A stretch of DNA of 64,000 nt from Crocinitomicaceae bacterium. GTDB lineage: Bacteria; Bacteroidota; Bacteroidia; Flavobacteriales_D; Crocinitomicaceae. Below, in pieces: positions 26,274 through 34,296 of the stretch. Both the position numbers and the translations under genes were made by a program. The DNA is taken from assembly GCA_030833845.1 (NCBI GenBank), contig JAURGK010000001.1, positions 97,468 to 161,467 on the forward strand. Direction: 5' to 3'. The notes under the pieces are model-generated. The model was not told where the DNA came from. It saw only the letters and a program-made list of their open reading frames with translations, and made no database searches. Position 1 is the first letter of the stretch; the number at the start of each line of letters is the position of its first letter.

Positions 26274-28355
26274 ATGAAAAGTCTATATATACTCTTGATT
26301 TGGATTGTAAGCAATTCATTATACGCTCAACTAGATCGATCTACAAGACCAAACGCCGCTCCGGCAAAAAAAATCAATATTCCTCCCTCGCAGGTCTTTA
26401 CCCTTTCTAATGGGATTACAGTCATTTTGTCTGAAAACCACAAAATACCTAAAGTTTCTGTTGAATTAAGTCTAGAAGCTACTCCCCGCCTAGAAGGAAT
26501 CAAAGCTGGGTTGGCGGAATTCACAGGATCATTAATGATGTCCGGAACTACCACCCGTAGCAAAGATCAACTCGACCGAGAAATTGACTTCATTGGGGCT
26601 AGTATCAATGCTGGTTTTTCAGGAATCAATATGTCTTGCCTAACCAAACACCTCGATAAAGGTCTGGAGTTAATGACCGATGTGCTCTACAACGTGAGTT
26701 TCCCTGATTCAGAAATTGAGCGCATTCGCAAACAAAATATGTCTGGGCTACAATCTACAAAAGCCGATGCGGGTGAAATGGCCAGAAATGCAACCAAAGC
26801 GGTCAACTTCCCAGGACATCCCTTTGGTGAAATCATGACTGAGGCAACCCTACAAAATATCACCCGCGAAGATTTAATCAATTATTATAAATCGACTTTT
26901 ACTCCTCAAGGAAGTTATTTGGTTGTGGTTGGTGATATTACTAGAGCACAAACCGAGGCATTGGCAAATACCTATTTTGCCTCATGGCAGGGCGCCCCTA
27001 TGTACCTGGCAGATTTAGGCAAAGGGGCATTTGATCGTGGAAACCGTGTCATTTTTGTAAAAAAACCAGGGGCAGTTCAATCGGTAGTTTACGTCACTTT
27101 TCCAATCGATATCCGCTCTGGCCACAAAGACCAACTCGCACTCAATGTGTTGAATGGAATTCTTGGAGGAGGAGGATTTGGTACACGCCTCATGCAAAAT
27201 TTACGTGAAGACAAAGCCTTTACTTACGGCTGTTATTCAAGTTTAAACATTACCGAACATGGTTCATGGATGTCTGCAGGTGGCAACTTCAAAAATGCAG
27301 TGACCGATTCTGCAATAACAGAAATACTCAAAGAATTCGAAGGTATCATTGCCGCTCACGTTACTGATGAGGAACTTAGCCTGACTAAAAATAACATGGC
27401 AGGAAGCTTCGCAAGGTCATTAGAACGCCCACAAACGGTTGCAAGGTTTGCACTCAATACAAGCAAACTTAAATTAGCGCCAGACTACTACCAGAACTAC
27501 CTCCAAATGCTTGAGGCTATCACCAAGGAAGATGTGTTGCGCGTTGCCCAGCAGTACTTTACTGCTAAAAACTGTCATATCATCGTGGTTGGCAACGAAG
27601 AAATTTTACCCAAATTGTTGGCCTTTGACGCTGATGGGCAAATTGAAAAACTAGATGCCTTTGGCGCACCCTTGAAGGAAATGAAAGCCACTCCAATCAG
27701 CGCAGAAGAATTCATTGAAAATCATGCCAAAGCCATGACCAATACAACTAGCTTAAAAGCGGCGAATAAAAAAATAAAAGCCTTAAAGTCATATATTCGG
27801 GTTACTGAAATGAGTGCTGCTCAAATTCCTTTTCCTCTAACCTCAACTGATTATTTCTGGGATAAAGAAAAAGAGGCCAGCAAAATGGAGGCGCCAGGGA
27901 TGGTTTTACAAAAATCATATTTTGATGGTGCTTCAGGATATACTTTTAGCATGCAAGCAGGCAAAGAAGACCTCAGTGAGGAACAAATTGCCGCCAAGAA
28001 AAAGGCTACAGGATGGCTTCCAGAATTAGCTTACCAAGCCAGCGGCATGGCTTATGAACTACAAGGCATCGAAAACATCAATGGCAATGATTATTATGTG
28101 CTTCGTTGTCAGGACGGGATGGCAGAAAGTTTGGATTATTACGATACAAAATCATTTTTAAAGTACAAATCCATCAATATCAGTAAGGTTGGAGAAGAAA
28201 CAGTTCAAACTACCACGACCTACAGCGACTATCAGTGGGTAGATGGGTATCTATTTGCCCATTCGTTTACATTGAATGTTGGCCCTATGACCCTTGAAGG
28301 TAAGGTGAGGTCTGTGACGGTCAATCCAAGTGAAGTATTGCCCAAAGACTTTTAG
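26274..28355 (+). CDS. M16 family peptidase-like protein lacking the HxxEH motif (non-catalytic partner), with a roughly 230-aa C-terminal extension
   Basis: Signal peptide MKSLYILLIWIVSNSLYAQ. The position equivalent to HxxEH reads GLAEFTGSLMMSG. M16 middle and C-terminal domains are conserved. It starts 4 nt after the upstream stop. Confidence 0.8.
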   Translation: MKSLYILLIWIVSNSLYAQLDRSTRPNAAPAKKINIPPSQVFTLSNGITVILSENHKIPKVSVELSLEATPRLEGIKAGLAEFTGSLMMSGTTTRSKDQLDREIDFIGASINAGFSGINMSCLTKHLDKGLELMTDVLYNVSFPDSEIERIRKQNMSGLQSTKADAGEMARNATKAVNFPGHPFGEIMTEATLQNITREDLINYYKSTFTPQGSYLVVVGDITRAQTEALANTYFASWQGAPMYLADLGKGAFDRGNRVIFVKKPGAVQSVVYVTFPIDIRSGHKDQLALNVLNGILGGGGFGTRLMQNLREDKAFTYGCYSSLNITEHGSWMSAGGNFKNAVTDSAITEILKEFEGIIAAHVTDEELSLTKNNMAGSFARSLERPQTVARFALNTSKLKLAPDYYQNYLQMLEAITKEDVLRVAQQYFTAKNCHIIVVGNEEILPKLLAFDADGQIEKLDAFGAPLKEMKATPISAEEFIENHAKAMTNTTSLKAANKKIKALKSYIRVTEMSAAQIPFPLTSTDYFWDKEKEASKMEAPGMVLQKSYFDGASGYTFSMQAGKEDLSEEQIAAKKKATGWLPELAYQASGMAYELQGIENINGNDYYVLRCQDGMAESLDYYDTKSFLKYKSINISKVGEETVQTTTTYSDYQWVDGYLFAHSFTLNVGPMTLEGKVRSVTVNPSEVLPKDF

Positions 28356-28360
28356 ATGGA

Positions 28361-28387
28361 AAGCCACTGCAAGGTGGCTTTTTTTGT
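28361..28387 (+). terminator. Intrinsic terminator after the M16 pair
   Basis: Stem AAGCCAC/GTGGCTT (28361-67 and 28374-80) followed by a T-run. Confidence 0.7.
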
Positions 28388-28414
28388 TTGATAAATGAGT
28401 AGCTCTAATCAATA

Positions 28415-29929
28415 ATGAAGTACTTTCTTTTAGGTCTGGCCTTTTTTTTATTTGGATGGCTGAACGGACAAAATGTATTGGTATCTGCTGGAAATATTTT
28501 CGAAGGCGAACCATATCTTGCCATCAACCCAACCAATCCACAACATATGGTGGCCGCATGGATGGGCTATCAATGGAATCAAAAAATTGTCATTAAAAAC
28601 GCCGTATCCTTTGATGGTGCATTGAGTTGGAGTACGCCCACTTGGCAAGCCCATCAGCAAAGCGGAAACACAAGTGCCGATGTTTCTTTGGCCTTTAATG
28701 CTCAAGGAGAGCTTTTTATGAGCTATGTAGATTATGATAATATCAATTTTAGCAACGGTCAGGTGGTTTGTAGAAAGTCAGTTGATGGTGGGCTTAGTTG
28801 GGGCGCCGCTGTAATTGCCTGTTCGGATATTATTTGCCCAAACCAACTATGTATTGACCGACCGTGGCTTGCAATAAATCCCTTGAACGGAGCAATTGTC
28901 ATTACGAGTATGAATGCCGATCAGCCGAGTATTGTACAGGCTCCATTCCATCCTTACCTATCCATTTCTACAGACAATGGCCTCTCATTTACTACACAAT
29001 ACTTGGACAGCGCACCTTATTTATCTGGCAGCGCTATCAAACAACCTATGCCTTCACCAGCCTATGCCAATGACGGTCTTTTTATGGCTATTTACCCAAG
29101 TTATGAGCCAGCGCAAAGTATTTTGCCTCGAGTTATAGAGGTACAAAAAACATCATTGGGTTCTAATTACAGTTACCAAGTCGCGTTTCAAGGATTGGGC
29201 TTTGGCACCAACAACGACACCCTTAAAGCAGGCCCGCATCTATCACTCAATCCGAACAATAGCTCCAATGCAGCTTATTTTTTTGTTACGGATGTTTTTG
29301 GCGATCCTGATATAGCCATGATCGAAAAAAATGGCGGCGCTTGGTCTGCACCCGTGCGTGTCAATAATGATGTGCCAAACAATGGCAATATTCAAGACCT
29401 GGTGTGGGCAGACTATGATACAGACGGAGATTTAGGCGTTTGTTGGAGAGACCGACGTGCTGGTTTGCCAAATAATTACCAAACCACAACCCAAATATAT
29501 TGTCGGATTCAACATAATGGCAACTGGGGAGATGAATTTGTAATTACCCCCATGGTTGAGAATGATTCCATTTTGCTTGAAAATGGAAACGATTTTTTGA
29601 ATGTGCAATTTGAAAACAACACGCTTTTAACACTATGGGGTGATGTGCGTAGTGGTACACTTAAAATATACCTCAACCGATTCAATCAATTAGACAGCAC
29701 CAACCAAATTCATGAAATACCAACTTTTCAAAACGCCTTCCCCAACCCAAGTGCTGCTATTTTTGAGATTCCACCTTCTTTTATACATAAAGAATTCACG
29801 GTATTTGACGCCAATGGAAAATTGTTGCTCAATGGGATTCTTTCCCAATACCTGGACTTAGGAGCCTTTGAAAATGGTACATATTTCTTAAATGTTGCAG
29901 ACACCCAATTGAAGTTGCTCAAAAATTGA
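28415..29929 (+). CDS. T9SS-sorted BNR/Asp-box repeat (sialidase-fold-like) protein
   Basis: Signal peptide. Asp-box motifs SFDGALSW, SVDGGLSW and STDNGLSF. T9SS CTD is FPNPSAAIFEIPP...NGTYFLNVADTQLKLLKN. Confidence 0.8.
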   Translation: MKYFLLGLAFFLFGWLNGQNVLVSAGNIFEGEPYLAINPTNPQHMVAAWMGYQWNQKIVIKNAVSFDGALSWSTPTWQAHQQSGNTSADVSLAFNAQGELFMSYVDYDNINFSNGQVVCRKSVDGGLSWGAAVIACSDIICPNQLCIDRPWLAINPLNGAIVITSMNADQPSIVQAPFHPYLSISTDNGLSFTTQYLDSAPYLSGSAIKQPMPSPAYANDGLFMAIYPSYEPAQSILPRVIEVQKTSLGSNYSYQVAFQGLGFGTNNDTLKAGPHLSLNPNNSSNAAYFFVTDVFGDPDIAMIEKNGGAWSAPVRVNNDVPNNGNIQDLVWADYDTDGDLGVCWRDRRAGLPNNYQTTTQIYCRIQHNGNWGDEFVITPMVENDSILLENGNDFLNVQFENNTLLTLWGDVRSGTLKIYLNRFNQLDSTNQIHEIPTFQNAFPNPSAAIFEIPPSFIHKEFTVFDANGKLLLNGILSQYLDLGAFENGTYFLNVADTQLKLLKN

Positions 29930-29973
29930 ATAAAGTGTTGATATCTTCAAATTCAATTTTGAAAAAATAGCGG

Positions 29974-29981
29974 TATCTTTG
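29974..29981 (+). promoter_or_regulatory. -7 promoter box TAtcTTTG, 4 nt upstream of the dnaX ATG
   Basis: TATCTTTG-ATAC-ATG. Confidence 0.5.
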
Positions 29982-29985
29982 ATAC

Positions 29986-31101
29986 ATGAGTGAATTTGTT
30001 GTATCGGCCCGCAAATACCGCCCGCAAACCTTTGACACGGTTGTCGGACAGCAAGCCATCACCAATACGCTTAAAAATGCTATCAAAAATGAGCACTTGG
30101 CTCAAGCATTTTTGTTTTGTGGTTCAAGAGGAGTCGGGAAAACAACCACGGCTAGAATTCTTGCCAAAACCATTAATTGCTTTGAACCTACGGCTAATAT
30201 TGAAGCATGTGATCAGTGTGATTCTTGTCTTTCCTTCCATACAGGTAATTCACTCAATATTTACGAACTTGATGCGGCCTCAAACAACTCCGTCGATGAC
30301 ATTCGTAGCCTCATTGATCAAGTCCGTATTGCTCCACAGCTAGGCACCCACAAGGTATACATCATCGATGAGGTACACATGCTTTCTACCTCTGCATTCA
30401 ATGCTTTTCTTAAGACCTTGGAAGAGCCGCCTAAACATGCCATTTTCATTCTAGCGACCACTGAAAAACATAAAATCATCCCAACGATATTATCAAGGTG
30501 TCAGATTTTTGACTTTCAAAGAATTAGAGTCAAAGATATCGCTGAACACCTGAGCACCGTAGCAACTAAAGAGGGAGTTTCAGCTGATGCTGAAGCGCTG
30601 CACCAAATTGCGATGAAAGCAGATGGTGCGCTTAGGGATGCCCTGTCTATTTTTGATCAAATCGTCACCTTTGCAGGCAACACCCTTACCTATAAGGATG
30701 TATTAGATAATTTACACATCCTAGACTACGAATATTATTTTAAGGTTATCAATGCGGCAGAAAAAGAAGACATACCTACTGCCCTGCTCATCTTAAATGA
30801 CATCTACGAAAAAGGATTTGATGGACATCATTTTGTAGTTGGCTTGGCTGAACATTACCGCAACCTTTTGGTTTGCAAAGATGCTCAAACTGCTAGCCTT
30901 CTTGAGGTCCCAGATACCATCAAACAGCGCTACCAACAACAAGCGGCTGAAGTTGAATCTGTTCGAATCTTAAGAAGCTTACAAGTATTATCCAAGACCG
31001 ACGTTGATTTCAAAGCATCAAAAAACCAACGATTACTCATTGAGGTAGCGCTCATGCAACTCTGCTCATTAAAGCAAGAGCAAGAAAAAAAAAAGGCCTA
31101 A
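29986..31101 (+). CDS. dnaX: DNA polymerase III subunit gamma/tau, zero-frame product (gamma-like, domains I-III only)
   Basis: Walker A GSRGVGKTT. Zinc module CDQCDSC. Walker B/DEXX motif YIIDEVHML. SRC motif SRC. The ORF ends ...CAA GAA AAA AAA AAG GCC TAA, two codons after an A10 run. Confidence 0.9.
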   Translation: MSEFVVSARKYRPQTFDTVVGQQAITNTLKNAIKNEHLAQAFLFCGSRGVGKTTTARILAKTINCFEPTANIEACDQCDSCLSFHTGNSLNIYELDAASNNSVDDIRSLIDQVRIAPQLGTHKVYIIDEVHMLSTSAFNAFLKTLEEPPKHAIFILATTEKHKIIPTILSRCQIFDFQRIRVKDIAEHLSTVATKEGVSADAEALHQIAMKADGALRDALSIFDQIVTFAGNTLTYKDVLDNLHILDYEYYFKVINAAEKEDIPTALLILNDIYEKGFDGHHFVVGLAEHYRNLLVCKDAQTASLLEVPDTIKQRYQQQAAEVESVRILRSLQVLSKTDVDFKASKNQRLLIEVALMQLCSLKQEQEKKKA

Positions 31102-31703
31102 CTGACCGCATAGACATTCTTCCTTTTCCAAAACAGTCCTTAAGAAAGTCCGAAGCAAGGCAGCATAAACCTTCAGAACAACCCCCAACACAACCTACAT
31201 CTAGCCCCGCAACTGCACCCTTAGTTGTTCAGCCACAACTCGCAACTAAATCAGCTATCATTTCTATCAAAGAAACGATAGAAAAAGATAAACAAAGTAA
31301 GCAGCAAATCCGACAAGAGGACTTGCCAAGAGAAGGGTTTCATCTTGACCATGTTAAAATGTATTGGAAACAGTTTGCTTTCCAACTCAAAGAAGATGGA
31401 ATGGAAACCTTTTACAATGCCTTGATCAAGCGAGATCCTGTATTGAAATCAGACGAAGTATTAGAACTTACCGTGGATAATCTTGTACAGTATAACTACA
31501 TTCAAACACATCTCATCACCTTTAAAGAATTCATGCGCAAGCAACTCAACAATTACTATTTAGACATTGTTGTGGTGCAAGCCGCCCCTAGTGATGAAGA
31601 GGTAAAGTTTTTAAGCGGCAAGGACAAATTTGCAGCGATGGCACGTAAAAACCCAAATCTGCACACGCTCAAAAATAGATTTAACCTAGATATTGACTAT
31701 TGA
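31085..31703 (+). CDS. dnaX: Tau-specific C-terminal part of dnaX, reached only by a -1 shift (or a +1 A insertion) within the A10 run at 31085-31094
   Basis: The -1 frame is open from 31044 to 31703. It reads ...KKKGLTDRIDILPFPKQS..PSEQPPTQPTSSPATAPLVVQPQ.. (Pro/Gln linker), then the 126-aa region that the ORF track lists as 31323-31703 with a TTG start. Confidence 0.7.
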
Positions 31704-32716
31704 TGCAGCCCAAATGGCGTTTTGTAGATAAGCACCCAGAACTTGTTCTGTTAGCCAATGATTTTCTTCACAGATGGGAACACAACGCGCATTTTGAAAT
31801 CAAAAGCTCTGGTACTACCTCTGAACCAAAAACATTTCGTTTCACCAAAGACCAACTCATTCATTCAGCGAAGCTCAGTATTGCTGCCTTTGGATTAAAT
31901 CAGCATTCACGGGCCTTGATGTGCCTTCCCTTAAATAGTGTTGGAGGATTGATGCTTTTGGCTCGTTCTTTGGTAGGAAATTTTGAATTATATCTTCAAA
32001 ATCCAACATCGAGGCCTTTAGAAAAAATTGAATTGACATTTGATTTTGTATCCATGGTCCCTACTCAACTGCAGCAATCTCTAACTTATGATATTAAAAA
32101 TTTGGTAAATATTTCCAATATCCTGATTGGTGGTGGTGCAATAAATACAGCGCTCATCGAAGCATGTCAAAAGCAAAAAATGAATGTCTGGCAAAGTTAT
32201 GGCATGAGCGAAACGCTTTCTCATGTTGCTTTGCGCAAATTAAGCCCTACAGAAACGCTGAATTATGAAGCATTACCCGGTATTAAATTTTCCAAAGTAA
32301 ATGACTGTTTGAGCATTGCGTATCCTGAAATATCCGAAGTGCCGCTTCAAACCACAGATATAATTGAACTTCATAGCCCCACTTCATTTAGGTGGCTTGG
32401 GCGTGCCGATCATGCCATCAATTCAGGTGGGTTCAAAATTATTCCCGAATTACTCGAAAACAAGCTCTCTTCAGGAATAAATATACCTTTTTATATTGCG
32501 GGATTAGCAGATGAAAAATGGGGAGAGATTGTTGTTTTGGTGCTAGAAACCTACAACTCACCCGATTTAACATTTTTAAAACAAATGGGATTGCCAACAC
32601 ATGAAATTCCTAAAAAATATGCTGTTATTCCAACTTTTATACGCACTACAACAGGAAAAGTAAAGAGAAGTGAAACATCTAAACTAATTCAAATTGAGCA
32701 TTGGCGATCCATTTAA
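31703..32716 (+). CDS. AMP-dependent synthetase/ligase, short MenE-like (o-succinylbenzoate-CoA ligase-like)
   Basis: Adenylate-forming motifs SSGTTSEPK, YGMSET, GGFKI and the terminal GKVKR. TGATG overlap with the dnaX stop. Confidence 0.75.
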   Translation: MQPKWRFVDKHPELVLLANDFLHRWEHNAHFEIKSSGTTSEPKTFRFTKDQLIHSAKLSIAAFGLNQHSRALMCLPLNSVGGLMLLARSLVGNFELYLQNPTSRPLEKIELTFDFVSMVPTQLQQSLTYDIKNLVNISNILIGGGAINTALIEACQKQKMNVWQSYGMSETLSHVALRKLSPTETLNYEALPGIKFSKVNDCLSIAYPEISEVPLQTTDIIELHSPTSFRWLGRADHAINSGGFKIIPELLENKLSSGINIPFYIAGLADEKWGEIVVLVLETYNSPDLTFLKQMGLPTHEIPKKYAVIPTFIRTTTGKVKRSETSKLIQIEHWRSI

Positions 32717-33557
32717 AATACTTGGTATTAACAATGATGCATCACCAGCCGAAATACGGAAGGCATATCGCCTTTTGGCTAAAAAATACCACCCGGATAC
32801 AAACAAAGATCAAGCGGCTGCCCAACAGTTTTTGATGATCCAAGAGGCCTATGAACAAATTTCTAATGGGGCTAATGAAATTGACAATTCAATTAAACAA
32901 AAAGAACAACAAACAGAGGATCAATACCAAAAAGATCTAGAGGCGTATCGCCAAAAGCGCAACGCTGCTAGAGAAAAATTGCGTCAAAAAAAACAGCGTG
33001 AAGAAGCCTACAAATTAGCTTATTTAGAACGCTTGAAAACAGGCAATATAGGCCGTTGGCATCAATTGGTGGCCTATTTAGGCCTGATCATGTTTTTTAT
33101 CCTATGGCTAGACTTTTTTTTAAAGCCAAGGACTCAAGCGCTTGTTGTTGAATCTTACGGCATAAAGACCTACGGAAGTATTGATAATCACACCGTACAA
33201 TTGATAAAATGCACTGATGGTCGCTATTTTTGGTGTGCGGACATACATGGCCACCAAATTGCCACCTCACAGTCTTTAAAAGCAATTCAAACACCTTGGC
33301 TTCACCAGGTCAAAGCCTTGAGTTTTCATCGGGACACTTTGCTACACACGACACCTGTACACTTCAGTTTTTATTGGGCGCAAATTTGGTTGAGTCTTCT
33401 TTTGATCATTCCAATTATAAGTTGGTATTTTGCCAGTGCCGATATTATTTTTGTATTGGGTTCATATGTCTCGAGGTACTTCATATTTACACTCATTTTA
33501 TGGTTTTTATTCACTGAAAATCGTATCGTTCATCTTTTTACATTCGGACAGCTATGA
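32694..33557 (+). CDS. J-domain (DnaJ-like) membrane protein
   Basis: J domain DPFKILGINNDASPAEIRKAYRLLAKKYHPDTNKD, a charged helical region, then several TM helices. Only the TTG start at 32694 preserves the J domain. Confidence 0.75.
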   Translation: MSIGDPFKILGINNDASPAEIRKAYRLLAKKYHPDTNKDQAAAQQFLMIQEAYEQISNGANEIDNSIKQKEQQTEDQYQKDLEAYRQKRNAAREKLRQKKQREEAYKLAYLERLKTGNIGRWHQLVAYLGLIMFFILWLDFFLKPRTQALVVESYGIKTYGSIDNHTVQLIKCTDGRYFWCADIHGHQIATSQSLKAIQTPWLHQVKALSFHRDTLLHTTPVHFSFYWAQIWLSLLLIIPIISWYFASADIIFVLGSYVSRYFIFTLILWFLFTENRIVHLFTFGQL

Positions 33558-34201
33558 AAACGAAAAAAGAAAAAGCCGCTTTTGTAACCGAAACCCTCGA
33601 AGCACTTTATCCGCAAACACCCATTCCTCTCGACCACAAAGACCCATATACCTTGCTTATAGCCGTGCTGCTCTCTGCCCAATGTACCGATGCTCGGGTT
33701 AATACCGTTACTCCGGCTTTATTTGCCCTTGCCGACACTCCATACAAAATGATTCAAGTACGGACTGAAAAAATTCAGCAAATCATTAGACCTTGCGGCT
33801 TGTCTCCTAAAAAAGCAAAAGCCATCAGTGAACTTTCTCATATTTTAGTAAACCAATACAGTGGACAAGTACCTGCATCGTATGAAGCGCTAGAAGCCCT
33901 TCCGGGTGTCGGACACAAAACGGCATCTGTGGTGATGTCACAAGGTTTTGGCTTTGCCGCCTTTCCGGTAGACACGCACATCCATCGTTTGCTTACTCGA
34001 TGGGGACTTACCAACGGTAAAAATGTGGAGCAAACTGAACGTGATGCCAAGAAGCTTTTTGCAGAACATACCTGGAATAAATTACATCTTCAAATTATCT
34101 TTTATGGCCGGGAATATTCGCCTGCGCGCTCACCTAAAAAGGAGAAAGACTTCATTACAATGAAAATAGGTACAGCCAAAGCCATCAGGGAATTGATATG
34201 A
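33554..34201 (+). CDS. nth: Endonuclease III-like HhH-GPD DNA glycosylase lacking the C-terminal [4Fe-4S] Cys cluster
   Basis: HhH-GPD motif LPGVGHKTASVVM with catalytic Lys. Asp is in FPVDTHIHRL. The C-terminus (YGREYSPARSPKKEKDFITMKIGTAKAIRELI) contains no cysteine. Confidence 0.85.
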   Translation: MKTKKEKAAFVTETLEALYPQTPIPLDHKDPYTLLIAVLLSAQCTDARVNTVTPALFALADTPYKMIQVRTEKIQQIIRPCGLSPKKAKAISELSHILVNQYSGQVPASYEALEALPGVGHKTASVVMSQGFGFAAFPVDTHIHRLLTRWGLTNGKNVEQTERDAKKLFAEHTWNKLHLQIIFYGREYSPARSPKKEKDFITMKIGTAKAIRELI

Positions 34202-34284
34202 TATGAACAATTGTTTATAACCAACCTTTACAACTTTTTTAAAACTAAGTCATCGAGTCGCTTTTTGTTGAAAGCGCCATTGCC

Positions 34285-34292
34285 TATATTTG
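34285..34292 (+). promoter_or_regulatory. -7 promoter box TAtaTTTG, 4 nt upstream of the dnaB ATG
   Basis: TATATTTG-TTCT-ATG. Confidence 0.5.
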
Positions 34293-34296
34293 TTCT

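Noticed and set aside
31323-31703. An independent 126-aa gene with a TTG start downstream of dnaX.
   Set aside because: The same frame is open upstream to 31044 and reads through a Pro/Gln linker directly from the A10 run of dnaX. There is no promoter box or ATG. It is better explained as the tau-specific C-terminus.
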